DNA from: Caldicoprobacterales bacterium
GTDB taxonomy: Bacteria > Bacillota > Clostridia > Caldicoprobacterales > UBA3941
Assembly: GCA_050949255.1 (NCBI GenBank)
Contig: JBMNFJ010000016.1
Span: 140,665-204,664, forward strand
Reading direction: 5' to 3'
Length of the DNA: 64,000 nt
Positions 10,735 through 22,000 of this stretch are shown one piece after another. Under the pieces are notes generated by a model. That model worked only from the letters and a program-made list of their open reading frames with translations. It was not told where the DNA came from and ran no database searches. Each line of letters begins with the position of its first letter. Position 1 is the stretch's first letter. The translations under genes and the position numbers were made by a program.

Positions 10735-11190
10735 ATGATTGAAACACAATATGTCATCTTTAGATTAGGGGAGGATCTTTATGGAGCGACTATAAAGGAT
10801 GTACAGGAAATTATCCTTCCCCAAAAGCCCACCAGGGTACCTAATAATCCGGATTTTATAGAGGGGATTATTGATTATCGGGATAGGGTGATACCTGTCC
10901 TGGATCTAAAGAAACGTTTTCAATTGGGGGACAGTAAGTATGAAGGTCAGTCCAGGTTTATAGTAGCAAGGGTAAATGATAATGATATAGCCTTTGCTGT
11001 GGACGAGGTTACTGAGATACTGAGAGCCCAAAGGGAGGATATCGAAGAGGCCCCCGAGGCAACCCGCATTGGCAAGGAATATATTTACGGGGTAACCCAT
11101 ATAGGTGACCAACTTATAGTTTTGTTGGAGCTTTCCAAGGTCTTATCCGTAGATGAGCGGGATGTGCTCGAATCCATGGATATCGGTTAA
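10735..11190 (+). CDS. cheW: Chemotaxis coupling protein CheW (orphan)
   Basis: MIETQYVIFRLGEDLYGATIKDVQEII is a CheW-like start, with AAGAGGGGGG upstream of ATG 10735. The track start 10663 adds a non-homologous extension. Confidence 0.8.
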   Translation: MIETQYVIFRLGEDLYGATIKDVQEIILPQKPTRVPNNPDFIEGIIDYRDRVIPVLDLKKRFQLGDSKYEGQSRFIVARVNDNDIAFAVDEVTEILRAQREDIEEAPEATRIGKEYIYGVTHIGDQLIVLLELSKVLSVDERDVLESMDIG

Positions 11191-11249
11191 TTATATTTGT
11201 AAAATCAGGCATATAAATTGTTAAGGGATAGCTAATATAAGGGAATATA

Positions 11250-11280
11250 ACACCGCAGCCAATTGGCGCGGTGTTTTTTA
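11250..11280 (+). terminator. Intrinsic terminator after cheW
   Basis: ACACCGC (11250-11256) pairs with GCGGTGT (11268-11274), followed by TTTTTT. Confidence 0.8.
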
Positions 11281-11468
11281 TAACATAGTCCAATCCCTAT
11301 ATATATCATTTATCCAGGGCAATCTTTAAATAGCATTATCCACCCTATACCCCAATACCTAAAATTATGATATAATCCAATACGGTGTTCCCGGCGCTAC
11401 ATGGGGAGGCAAAAAACCACTTTTGAATGTAGGCTGGGTATTATTTATGGTTATAGGAGAATGTGTAG

Positions 11469-12854
11469 ATGGCAACTAGAATAAAGGACATGACTAAAGG
11501 GAAACCCACTAAACTTATATTGACCTTTGCTTTACCCCTAATGCTGGGGAGCGTATTCCAACAAACATATACCATGGTTGATTCCATAATAGTTGGGAGA
11601 GTAGTCGGAGTAGAGGCACTGGCAGCTTTGGGGGTATCTGACTGGGTGAACTGGATGATGGTAGGACTGGTAATGGGTTTCGCCCATGGTTTCACAATAT
11701 TGATATCCCAGCGATTTGGAGCAGAGGACTATGTAGGGCTTAGAAAGACTGTTGCCATGTGCACAATTCTTTCAGGTATTATAGGGATTATACTGGCCGC
11801 GATTGGTTTTGGATTTGCCAGGTCTATACTTCAGGCAATACAGACACCGGAGAATATAATAGACTATACTCACCTCTATGTCAGTATTTATTCTTTGGGC
11901 TATCCCATGATCATGGCATACAATATGGCATCCTCCATCTTAAGAGGTATGGGAGATAGCAAAACACCCTTATGGGCTATGATTATTTCCTCTATCATTA
12001 ATATTATACTGGATATTATATTTATTGCGGTATTTCGTTGGGGTGTGGCAGGGGTAGCCATCGCAACAATTATGGCACAGGCATTTTCCTTTCTCTACTG
12101 CCTGAATACAATAAGAAAGATTCCTATTTTGCGTATGGAAGCCACAGATTGGAAAATTGATAAGCGTATCATTGGACACCTATTAAGGCTGAGCATACCC
12201 ATGGCCTCTCAGAATGCCATAATCGGTGCAGGAGGCATGGTAGTACAATATGTCATAAATGGATATGGATTTATAATTGTGGCAGGCTTTACTGCTACTA
12301 ACAGATTATATGGACTCCTTGAGATGGCGGCCATATCCTTTGGGTTTGCCATTGCTACCTTTGCGGGACAGAATTTAGGCGCAAAGAAATACGAGCGTAT
12401 CAGGGAAGGCGTAACTTCCTTGGTAAAGGTTGCTGTGGGCACCGCCTGTGCAATCTCCGTGATTATGATAGCATTTGGGCGGAAAGTTTTAATGCTCTAT
12501 ATTACCGGTGATACGCTGGAAGTTGAAGCCGTACTAAATGTAGCTTACAAATATCTATTTATCATGGTTTCTCTATTGTTTATTCTGTACCTGTTACACG
12601 TGTATCGTTCTGCTCTACAGGGTATGGGTGATACTGTAATGCCTATGGTCTCGGGGATAGTCGAACTGGTTATGAGAATATCCGCTGTAGCTTTCCTTCC
12701 CCTCTTGATTGGTGAAATTGGACTCTACTTTTCAGAAGTAGCCGCCTGGCTCGGTGCTGTAATAGTCCTTATGACCGCATATTATATAAGAATAAACAGA
12801 TTGCAAAGTATAAGTAATCTAGAAAAAAATAGGACAATACCTATAGAAGTATAG
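11469..12854 (+). CDS. MATE family efflux transporter
   Basis: 461 aa with 12 predicted TM segments. The N-terminus KPTKLILTFALPLMLGSVFQQTYTMVDSIIVGR is typical of MATE/NorM proteins. RBS AGGAGA. Confidence 0.85.
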   Translation: MATRIKDMTKGKPTKLILTFALPLMLGSVFQQTYTMVDSIIVGRVVGVEALAALGVSDWVNWMMVGLVMGFAHGFTILISQRFGAEDYVGLRKTVAMCTILSGIIGIILAAIGFGFARSILQAIQTPENIIDYTHLYVSIYSLGYPMIMAYNMASSILRGMGDSKTPLWAMIISSIINIILDIIFIAVFRWGVAGVAIATIMAQAFSFLYCLNTIRKIPILRMEATDWKIDKRIIGHLLRLSIPMASQNAIIGAGGMVVQYVINGYGFIIVAGFTATNRLYGLLEMAAISFGFAIATFAGQNLGAKKYERIREGVTSLVKVAVGTACAISVIMIAFGRKVLMLYITGDTLEVEAVLNVAYKYLFIMVSLLFILYLLHVYRSALQGMGDTVMPMVSGIVELVMRISAVAFLPLLIGEIGLYFSEVAAWLGAVIVLMTAYYIRINRLQSISNLEKNRTIPIEV

Positions 12855-12886
12855 TATAGCTTTCTGTATAAATATAAAAATTTGAA

Positions 12887-12922
12887 AAAGTACCGTAACA
12901 ATCCCAGCGGTACTTCTTTTTT
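12887..12922 (+). terminator. Intrinsic terminator after the MATE gene
   Basis: AAGTACCG (12887-12894) pairs with CGGTACTT (12907-12914), followed by CTTTTTTAT. Confidence 0.8.
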
Positions 12923-13009
12923 ATGTATTACTTAGTATATATTTGTGCTGGGGCTGTGTCTGTCTAAGAGGACAGACGGTATACAATCATAATATGCTAG
13001 TATAGGTCA

Positions 13010-13038
13010 TTGTATGGTAATCTACCATCTGCTATAAT
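13010..13038 (+). promoter_or_regulatory. Strong sigma-A-type promoter about 250 nt upstream of the GH78 gene
   Basis: TTGTAT (13010-13015), a 17-nt spacer, then TATAAT (13033-13038). Confidence 0.6.
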
Positions 13039-13097
13039 GAAATGAAACACATATTTTTATGGATATCTAAAGATATTTTCTATTCACTTTAATATAT

Positions 13098-13168
13098 GCC
13101 CTGGAATTATTGGCCCTATAATCACACTCTTGTATATAACAAAACAACAAAGAGAATCCAGGGTTTTC
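13098..13168 (+). promoter_or_regulatory. Terminator-like extended hairpin inside the GH78 leader
   Basis: CCCTGGA (13099-13105) pairs with TCCAGGG (13157-13163), followed by TTTTC. An inner CTCTTGT/ACAAAGAG pairing is also present. Confidence 0.35.
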
Positions 13169-13294
13169 ACAGACAACTAGGACAGGCGTTGGAGGGTCAG
13201 ACTCTTCAAATCCTCAAGTAGAACATAATCCTTGAACCTCTCAGTCTCAATGGTTCGAGAGTTAAGTGATTATACACAAAAAGGAGTGGTAATC

Positions 13295-15955
13295 TTGTTA
13301 AAAGCTATAGGGCTAAGATGTGAGTATTTGACAAACCCCATAGGGATTGGTGAAACGAAACCAAGATTCGGTTGGATATTGGATTCGGACAAAAGGAATG
13401 TAGTTCAGGAGAGCTATCATCTACAGGTGGGTATGGATCAGAATTTTACTGATGTAATTTGGGATACAGGTATAGTCAGGTCTTCAGAATCCGCCCATGT
13501 TGAGTACGAAGGGCCTGAACTACAGTCATCGACCAGATATTTTTATAGGGTAAGGATAACCGATAACTACAAGAATGAAAGCCCTTGGAGTGATGCAGCA
13601 TTCTTTGAAACCGGGATTCTGGATCCCGATATATGGAAGGCGAGGTTTATCAGTCCGGAAGGGGATGATGAAGGAGCCTCATCTAAGGGAAAGCTTGTTA
13701 GAAAGGAATTTAAACTGGAGGACGAGATTGAGTTCGCCAGAGTTTACGTCACCGCTTTGGGAATGTACGAACTTTACATTAACGGTAGCAGGGTAGGGGA
13801 AGGCCTTTTGACACCGGGTTGGACCGACTATAGAAAAAGGCTCCAATACCAAACCTATGATGTTACCGATCTTCTAAAGGCTGGTGACAATGCCATAGGT
13901 GCATCCCTGGGTGTTGGCTGGTATAAAGGGGATTTAGGATGGGGTGGTCGTCGTAATGTATACGGAAATCGGATGGGATTTTTGCTTCAGCTGCTGGTCA
14001 GGTATAGCGATGGTCGAGAAGTTATAATAGTTTCTGATGCTGGCTGGAAGGCTTCAGACAGCCCTATAGTATATTCGGAGCTATATCACGGTGAAACCTA
14101 CGATGCACGGAAAGAACAAGCAGGTTGGAACATGCCAGGGTTTGATGATAAGGACTGGTCCGGCGTATGGGTTATGGATAAGGATTTATCAATTCTTGTA
14201 CCCCAGGACGGGGTACTGATTGTGAGGCAGGAGACCTTAAGGCCTGTATCCATGTTCAGAACACCAAAAGATGAACTGGTTATAGACTTTGGACAGAATA
14301 TGAGCGGCTGGGTCAGGTTTAAAGCAGAAGGTAATGCCGGCGACAGGGTAGTTTTAAAGCATGCCGAAGTGCTGGATGCAGAAGGAAATTTCTATACGGA
14401 AAATCTACGGTCAGCAAAGAACAGGATAGAGTATATCTTAAAGGGTGAGGGTATGGAGACCTTCGAACCCCATTTTACATTCCAGGGATTTAGATATGTC
14501 TTAATAGAGGAGTATCCGGGAAATGTTGATATAGAGAATTTCGAGGCTGTGGTAATCCATTCGGATATGGAAAGAGTAGGAGGTTTTTCATGTTCCAATG
14601 AATTGGTTAACAAGCTTCATCACAATATTCTATGGGGCCTTAAGGGTAATTTCGTGGATATACCCACTGATTGTCCCCAAAGGGATGAAAGGCTTGGTTG
14701 GACCGGAGATGCCCAGGTATTTATGAAGACTGCCTGCTATCTAAAGGATGTAAGGGTATTCTTTAAGAAGTGGTTTAGGGATATAAGGGCAGGTCAATTG
14801 GATGATGGGGGTATACCCTATGTTATACCCGATGTCCTCACGGAGATCAATGAGGATGGTTCAGTAGGTGATAATCACTCTGCGACCGGATGGGGTGATG
14901 CAGCAGTAATCTGTCCCTGGACACTTTATTTAACCTATGGTGATAAGCGGATACTAGAGGAACAATATGATAGTATGAAAGCTTGGATAGAATATATTAG
15001 AGGGAAGGCACAGGACGGAGTCCTTTGGAATACCGGGTTTCATTATGGGGATTGGGTAGCCTTGGATGCCAAGGAGGGCAGCTATTTTGGTGCTACTCCC
15101 AACGATCTGACGGCAACGGCTTTTTATGCCTATTCTACAGAGATTCTGGTAAAGACAGCAAGGATATTGGGAAAGGACGAGGATGCAGAGAAGTATTCAA
15201 GGCTACACGAGTCTATATTGAAAGCCTATAGGGATGAATTCTTCACCCCCAACGGCAGACTGGCAGCTCCTACACAGACCGCCCATATCCTCTCTCTGAT
15301 GTTTGGATTGGCACCAGAGGAATATAAGGAACGTACCATAAAGGGACTTATAAAATTATTGGACGATAATGACGGCCATTTACAAACTGGATTTTTAGGC
15401 ACACCGTATTTCTGTCATGTACTAAGTCAGAACGGCAGACTCAAGGAGGCCTACGATCTATTGCTGAAGGAGGATTATCCATCCTGGCTATATCAGGTAA
15501 AGATGGGAGCTACCACAATATGGGAGCATTGGGATGGCATCAAACCGGATGGAACCATGTGGAGTCCGGATATGAACTCCTTTAATCATTATGCTTATGG
15601 TTCCATAGGCGATTGGCTCTACGGGGTAGTTGCAGGCTTGAATACAGACCCTGAGAATCCAGGTTTTAAGCGTGCCCTCATGAGACCCCAGCCTGGGGGA
15701 GGATTGACCTATGCAAGGGCTGAGTATAAGAGTGTATATGGAAAGATCGCAATAAAATGGGCTATAAAGGATGGGAATATGGTGGTGGATGTTATGGTGC
15801 CTCATAATACTACCGCCCATCTGGTTTTGCCCTATGCTGATTCAGAGGCCATTGTTGGGGATAATGTAGAATTCACTTCCTGTCCTGGCGGCTGCCAAGC
15901 GGAGATCGGTTCAGGTACTTATAGTTTCACTTATCCTTATAAGGGTGATAATTAA
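13295..15955 (+). CDS. Alpha-L-rhamnosidase (GH78)
   Basis: LKAIGLRCEYLTNPIGIGETKPRFGWIL is a typical GH78 N-terminus, and DCPQRDERLGWTGDAQVF is the catalytic-domain motif. I prefer TTG 13295 (AAAGGAG 8 nt upstream) over the track start 13232. Confidence 0.85.
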   Translation: MLKAIGLRCEYLTNPIGIGETKPRFGWILDSDKRNVVQESYHLQVGMDQNFTDVIWDTGIVRSSESAHVEYEGPELQSSTRYFYRVRITDNYKNESPWSDAAFFETGILDPDIWKARFISPEGDDEGASSKGKLVRKEFKLEDEIEFARVYVTALGMYELYINGSRVGEGLLTPGWTDYRKRLQYQTYDVTDLLKAGDNAIGASLGVGWYKGDLGWGGRRNVYGNRMGFLLQLLVRYSDGREVIIVSDAGWKASDSPIVYSELYHGETYDARKEQAGWNMPGFDDKDWSGVWVMDKDLSILVPQDGVLIVRQETLRPVSMFRTPKDELVIDFGQNMSGWVRFKAEGNAGDRVVLKHAEVLDAEGNFYTENLRSAKNRIEYILKGEGMETFEPHFTFQGFRYVLIEEYPGNVDIENFEAVVIHSDMERVGGFSCSNELVNKLHHNILWGLKGNFVDIPTDCPQRDERLGWTGDAQVFMKTACYLKDVRVFFKKWFRDIRAGQLDDGGIPYVIPDVLTEINEDGSVGDNHSATGWGDAAVICPWTLYLTYGDKRILEEQYDSMKAWIEYIRGKAQDGVLWNTGFHYGDWVALDAKEGSYFGATPNDLTATAFYAYSTEILVKTARILGKDEDAEKYSRLHESILKAYRDEFFTPNGRLAAPTQTAHILSLMFGLAPEEYKERTIKGLIKLLDDNDGHLQTGFLGTPYFCHVLSQNGRLKEAYDLLLKEDYPSWLYQVKMGATTIWEHWDGIKPDGTMWSPDMNSFNHYAYGSIGDWLYGVVAGLNTDPENPGFKRALMRPQPGGGLTYARAEYKSVYGKIAIKWAIKDGNMVVDVMVPHNTTAHLVLPYADSEAIVGDNVEFTSCPGGCQAEIGSGTYSFTYPYKGDN

Positions 15956-16002
15956 TAGGCAAGTAATATATGGATTGAATATCAGGTTGGAGGTTAGGAC
16001 AG

Positions 16003-16641
16003 TTGAGTATTTGGGGTATTTTTATCAGTGCATTTTTAATAGGGTTTTCTGGGGCCATGATGCCGGGTCCCTTGCTGGGAGTCACCATTGAAGGTAGCCT
16101 AAAAAGGGGATACATAGCGGGTCCCTTGGTGGTCTTAGGCCATGGGATCTTGGAATTCACCCTTGTCTTTGCCATGGCCTTTGGCCTCAGGGAATTCTTT
16201 TCAAACCCTATCATAGCGGGGCTAATAGGTATTTTGGGTGGGGGGTTTCTTGCCTGGATGGGTTACGATATGATAAAGTCCAGCCTGAAAAAGACAGTTT
16301 CCCTGGAGGATCAGGAGAATGGGGGCATGGGGCATAGGAATCTTATCCTGGCGGGTATAGTCGTAAGCGCCACAAACCCCTATTTTATACTATGGTGGGC
16401 TTCCACGGGAATGGAATCCATCCGTCAGGCCTATACTATGGGAGTATTGGGTATCTTGGCCTTTTACTTTGGCCATATCCTATCGGATTTCACATGGTAT
16501 GTGGCGATTTCCACCGCATTCTCCAAGGGAAAGAAGCTGATGAATGATACAGTTTACAGATGGGTCATTCTATGTTTGGGAGCTTTTATCCTGATATTCT
16601 CAGTTAGATTCATAATAGGCGGATGGCAGATGCTTTTCTAA
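16003..16641 (+). CDS. LysE family amino-acid exporter
   Basis: 212 aa with 6 TM segments. The N-terminal motif is GFSGAMMPGPLLGVTI. RBS GGAGG at 15989-15993, TTG start. Confidence 0.7.
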   Translation: MSIWGIFISAFLIGFSGAMMPGPLLGVTIEGSLKRGYIAGPLVVLGHGILEFTLVFAMAFGLREFFSNPIIAGLIGILGGGFLAWMGYDMIKSSLKKTVSLEDQENGGMGHRNLILAGIVVSATNPYFILWWASTGMESIRQAYTMGVLGILAFYFGHILSDFTWYVAISTAFSKGKKLMNDTVYRWVILCLGAFILIFSVRFIIGGWQMLF

Positions 16642-16731
16642 TAGTCATTCTAAACCTTGGGGCTTCATTTTATATGTAGCCCCATTATATTAATCTGATT
16701 TATTAAACTCATAGATGGAGGTATTATCAAG

Positions 16732-17802
16732 GTGGAATTATCGCTAAAACCGGATTTTGATAAGACCAAGAAGAGGATTGATGCATTTTGGCACTGTGAG
16801 ATAGTGGACAGACCCCCCGTCAGCATTATACTACCCAAAGAGAATCCCAGCCCCCTGCCCCATAAGGAATATAAGGATCATAGGGAAAGGTGGCTGGATA
16901 TAGAGTTTAGGGCTGAACTGTTGGATAGGGAACTGGAAAACAATATCTATTTTGCAGACGGAGTACCTACGGTTTTTCCCAATATGGGTCCTGAGATCTT
17001 CAGCGCATGGTGTGGATGTCCGTATCAATTTGGAGAAACAACCACATGGAGTGAGCCCTGTATTATTGAATGGGAGACGGATAGCCAGGACGCAGTCTTT
17101 AACCCCGAACACCCCCTATTTAAAGCCACTGTAGAATTTACAAGGTTGTTAATTGAGAGGGGAAAGGACAAATTTATAGTAGGACTTACAGACTTTCATC
17201 CTGGTGGGGATCATTTGGCGGCATTGCGGGATCCGGCTAACTTGGCCATAGATTTGATTGAAAATCTGGATTATGTGATCCAAAAGCTTGAAGAATCCTA
17301 CAAGGAATATTTCCATGTATATGATATCTTTTACAATATGATAAGGGATGCGGACATGCCCATCACTTCCTGGACGCCTTTATTTTATGAGGGCCGGTAC
17401 TACATACCATCCAATGACTTTTCCTGTATGATAAGCAAGGAAATGTTTGATGAGATTTTCCTGCCGGGTATAATTGAGGAATGCAAGTTCTACGACAGAT
17501 CCATCTACCATTTGGACGGTCCCGATGCACTTAGACACTTGGATTCAATTTTGGATATTGAGGAGCTGAATGCTGTACAATGGATTTGTGGAGCGGGCAA
17601 CGAGGGTTATGTAAAATGGATAGATGTATACAAGAAAGTCCAGGACAAGGGTAAGGGAATACAATTACAAATAACCCTGGAGGAATTGCCCCTTGTCTTT
17701 GAGACCTTAAAACCTGAAGGAGTTTGGTTTTCCAATATCTATGGTATAGACGATATAGTTACAGCCGAAAGGGTAGTAAAGCGCATTGAAGCATGGAAAT
17801 AA
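16732..17802 (+). CDS. Conserved hypothetical protein, possibly a URO-D-like TIM barrel
   Basis: 356 aa, GTG start after GATGGAGG. The overall length and the C-terminal pattern (YHLDGPDALRHLDSILDIEELNAVQW) resemble the uroporphyrinogen-decarboxylase/methyltransferase superfamily. The assignment is weak. Confidence 0.4.
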   Translation: MELSLKPDFDKTKKRIDAFWHCEIVDRPPVSIILPKENPSPLPHKEYKDHRERWLDIEFRAELLDRELENNIYFADGVPTVFPNMGPEIFSAWCGCPYQFGETTTWSEPCIIEWETDSQDAVFNPEHPLFKATVEFTRLLIERGKDKFIVGLTDFHPGGDHLAALRDPANLAIDLIENLDYVIQKLEESYKEYFHVYDIFYNMIRDADMPITSWTPLFYEGRYYIPSNDFSCMISKEMFDEIFLPGIIEECKFYDRSIYHLDGPDALRHLDSILDIEELNAVQWICGAGNEGYVKWIDVYKKVQDKGKGIQLQITLEELPLVFETLKPEGVWFSNIYGIDDIVTAERVVKRIEAWK

Positions 17803-17891
17803 AATACAAAAGCCAGCAGTCTGGGAAGCCGACCTGTTTTGTGACGTTGTTCCTATAAGAATGTAAGGTTTTGGCTTAGGGGGTTGATATA

Positions 17892-19043
17892 ATGAAAATC
17901 TTACATATCGCAGATTTACATATTGGTAAGCGGGTCAATGGATTTAACATGATCGAGGATCAGGAGTACATACTGGATGAAATTTTGAAGTTAACAGAGA
18001 GTACAAAGCCCGGAGCTGTTCTAATGGCCGGGGATATCTACGACAAAAGTCAGCCTTCCACTGAGGCTGTAGAATTATTGGACGAATTTCTAACCAGGTT
18101 GGCATTACTGGGACAACCTGTGTTTATAATCAGCGGAAATCATGACTCCCCCGAACGATTAAGCTTTGGTAGCCGAATCATGGAGAACAACGGACTCCAT
18201 ATCTCGGGCGTGTTTGATGGTTTTCTCCAAAAGACGACCCTGGAGGACGAATATGGCAAGGTCAACATATATATGCTGCCCTTTATAAAACCCGCCATGG
18301 TCAGGCCGTTTTTCGAAGAACCGGTAGAATCCTATGAAGAAGCAATCAAAATGGTGATTTCTGAATCTGGGATCAATACGGATGAAAGAAATATTCTTGT
18401 GGCCCATCAATTCGTGGTAAGCGGAATGGCACAACCCCAGATATCGGACTCGGAAACCGTATCCATAGGAGGATTGGATCATGTAGATGCCTCCGTCTTT
18501 GATGATTTTGACTATGTCGCCTTGGGACACCTTCATAGGTCTCAGCGAATAGGACGGGATTGTATCCGCTATGCCGGTTCACCCCTTAAATATTCCTTTT
18601 CAGAAGCTCGCTATAGAAAATCCGTGACCCTTGTTGAGATGGGTAGAAAGGGAGAGATCCTGATAGATCAAATACCACTTACTCCCCTGCGGGATCTACG
18701 GGAAATCAGGGGACCTATCAGGGAGCTGATTCGCATTGGGAATGAGGATCCGAAAGGTTCCATGGATTATATCCATGCTATTATCACCGATGAGGAAGAA
18801 ATCTATGATGCCTTAGGGCAGCTAAGGCAGGTCTACCCAAATCTAATGGCCTTGGATCTTGAAAATAGCCGTACCCAACAGGTCTATGATTCCGAAGCCC
18901 TGGTTGCCAGCAATGTAGCAGAAAAGGATCCCTTGGATTTATTCTCTGAATTCTATCAGATACAGAATAACCAGGAGTTAACCGAGGATGAGATAAGGGT
19001 CATGAAGGAAATCTTTCAGCAGGCAGGGGGGATCGGGATATGA
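17892..19043 (+). CDS. sbcD: Exonuclease SbcD (Mre11-like)
   Basis: MKILHIADLHIGK, AGDIYD and GNHDSP are calcineurin-like phosphoesterase motifs. The stop overlaps the sbcC start. Confidence 0.9.
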   Translation: MKILHIADLHIGKRVNGFNMIEDQEYILDEILKLTESTKPGAVLMAGDIYDKSQPSTEAVELLDEFLTRLALLGQPVFIISGNHDSPERLSFGSRIMENNGLHISGVFDGFLQKTTLEDEYGKVNIYMLPFIKPAMVRPFFEEPVESYEEAIKMVISESGINTDERNILVAHQFVVSGMAQPQISDSETVSIGGLDHVDASVFDDFDYVALGHLHRSQRIGRDCIRYAGSPLKYSFSEARYRKSVTLVEMGRKGEILIDQIPLTPLRDLREIRGPIRELIRIGNEDPKGSMDYIHAIITDEEEIYDALGQLRQVYPNLMALDLENSRTQQVYDSEALVASNVAEKDPLDLFSEFYQIQNNQELTEDEIRVMKEIFQQAGGIGI

Positions 19044-22000
19044 AGCCAATAAAGTTGGTAATGAGCGCCTTTTGTTCCTATGCGGATAGAATAGAATTGG
19101 ATATGACCGCATTCAAGGGTAGGGGACTATTTCTGATTACAGGCGATACGGGATCTGGGAAAACCACTATCTTTGATGCCATAGCCTTTGCCCTGTTCGG
19201 GGAGGCCAGCGGCTCTACCCGGGGAGTGGAGACCCTGCGCAGCGATTTTGCGAAGCCCGATACCGAAACCTATGTGGAGTTTACCTTTTTACACAGGGAC
19301 AAGCAGTATACTGTAACCCGGAATCCCCGCTATGAAAGGCTGAAACGAAGCGGCCAGGGCTTGACTACCGAAAGTGCCAACGCTACCTTGGAGCTTCCAA
19401 GTGGGGATATCATCACCGGCCTCAACAATGTTACGGCAAAAATTGAGAGTACACTCGGTATCAATTATCGCCAGTTTAAGCAAATAGCCATGATTGCTCA
19501 AGGGGAATTTTTACAGTTATTGCTGGCCAATACTAAGGAACGGGGTGAGATCTTCAGACGGGTATTCAATACAGACCTCTATCAAATAGCCCAGAGCCTG
19601 TTAAAGGAGAGAGAACGGGAGACTAAGAAGCGGTGCGATGGTATTGAGCAGAGCATACTCCAATATATTTCGGGGATTTCCACTTCTGAAAGTGAAATAG
19701 GACAAAAATTAACAGATAGGATAAGCAATGCCAGTATACACACAGCCGAAGATATCCTTGTTGGGTTGCGGGAGCTTATCTCAGAAGATACCAGTAGTAG
19801 GAATGACCTAAAGAGGAAGTCAGATGAGCTGGAACAAAAACTTGCAGGTCAGATCGCCAGAATAACAGAGGGGCAGTATATAAATCAATTCTTTCAGGAC
19901 CTGAGAGTAGCTGAGCAAAGGGAAAAAGCCTTGGCTGCGAACCGGGAAAAGCATAGTAAAGAAAAGGAAGAATTGGAGATGGCTGAAAAAGCCCTATACA
20001 CCATCCTTCCTTTAGAGACCGCCTATAGGCGGGAAAAGAAGACCAAAGAGGGGCTTGAGGAGAATATTGCAAAATTGGTCCAGGTTATCGAAGTCCAGGA
20101 TAAGGAACTTCAATTAACCAGTAAAAACTATAAGGCTGAAATGGACAAGGAGCCGCTTCGTGAAAAGCTCACTTCGTCTATAGATGGTCTTAGAAAGCTG
20201 TTGCCGGTCTATGGGAAAGCCGAGGATTTGGAGAAGGACATAAAGGCCTTATCGGTTAGGTATAAGAGACTAAGCGATGAATTGGAAAAGTTGAAACTAA
20301 AAAAGAAGGGACTTATTGAGAATAGGGAAGCCTTGGCTGCGGAACTGGAGCAGCTGGGGGATATTGAGATAAGGCTCTCCAATTGTCAGCAGGAGATTAA
20401 ACAGTTGGAAACAGTTCTAGACCAACTAGTAGAGCTTCAAAACCAGCTGGCTAAATATAAGGCACTCAAAGCAGAGAGCAATAGACTACAAAAGCTGTTT
20501 AAAAAGACTCAGGATGAACATACAGCTATCAATATGGATTACCTGGATAAGGAGACTGCCTTCTTCCGCGAACAGGCGGGGATTATGGCGGGCACCCTTG
20601 AGGAGGGTAAGCCTTGCCCCGTGTGTGGTTCTACAACACATCCCAATAAGGCAGTACCGACAGCAGATGCCCCCAGTGAAGAAGAGCTTAAAAGTCTCAA
20701 GGAGAAAGTAGATATATCCAGGGAAGATATGGAAAGAGCCAGTAACCAATCAGCAACGAAGTTGACTGAGGAAAAATTGGCCAAGGAACAATTGCTAAAG
20801 GCTGCCGAGGTACACTTTCCAAAGCTGGAGGAGGATTTACAGGAGGAAGCCTTAAAATCCCTGATAGAATCGGCCCTGGACCAAAATAACGAGAAGAAGA
20901 AAGAATTAGATGATAGATATTTAAAGTTAAAGGAGCAGCTTGCTCGTAAATCTGAGGCAACAAAACAGCTTAAGTTGCTGGAGGAATCCCTCAAGGATTG
21001 CGAAGAACTAATGGATAAGCAGGAGGAAGAAAGGAATAACATCAATGCAGCCGTGGCTTCTATGGAGGGGGAACTTAGAACCCTAAAGTCCTCATTGGAA
21101 TATGAAAGCCATCAGCAGGCGGAAATGACCATTAAGGAATGGGAGAGCCAGCTGGACAAATTGAAAACTACCTTTAATAAAGCCGAACAAGCCTATCACA
21201 AGGCTAAGAATGAATTGGATAGCAATCGGACCCTTTTAAAAGATTATCAGGAAAGGCTAAGTGAGACCGAGAAAGCCAAAAATGATGCTTGGAAAGCGTA
21301 TACGGAAGGCATAATCAAATGCGGTTTTCGGGATGATGTCGATTACCATGAGGCCCTTAAGACCGAATCAGAAATTAGAGCACTTAAGAAATCAATCGAC
21401 GAGTATACAAGAGAGGTCCTGGCAGTTGAGCAGGATTTAAAAAGGTTTCGTGAGGAAACAAAGGGTAAGGAGGAGCAGGATCTGGAGGGCTTAAAGGCCA
21501 TACAGAAGGAATTGGAGGAGGCCAAAAGTCAGGTGGGAAAATCCATCCAGGTTCTGGTGACCCGACTGGAGACCAACAAATCCATTTTAACAGCCCTGGA
21601 GAAAGCCATAACCAAGGCAATCAGCTATCAGAAGGAATATCTACTATTGGGTAAACTGTCAAGGACGGCCAATGGGGAGCTTGCCGGGAAGCAAAAGCTG
21701 GCCTTTGAACAATATGTACAAGCTTCGTACTTTAACCGAATACTCATCGAATCCAATAAAAGGCTTAGGGTTATGACTAACAATAGATACGAGCTCCTTA
21801 GGAGGGAGGACGCCACAGATCTTCGGTCTAAGGGACTTGAGATCGATGTGCTGGATCACTATACCGGTCGGGTACGCTCGGTTAAGTCCTTATCCGGCGG
21901 AGAATCCTTTAAGGCGTCCCTATCTTTGGCTCTGGGGCTGTCGGATGTGATTCAAAGTTATGCAGGCGGCGTAGAGATCGATACCCTCTTTATCGACGAA

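Noticed and set aside
20539-21045. A 168-aa Ser/Leu-rich ORF, plus several other 60-100 aa ORFs, antisense to sbcC.
   Set aside because: It lies wholly inside the sbcC coiled-coil region. The antisense of GAA/AAG/CTT-rich coiled-coil codons automatically gives stop-poor Ser/Leu/Phe frames. No RBS is present and the sequence is low-complexity.
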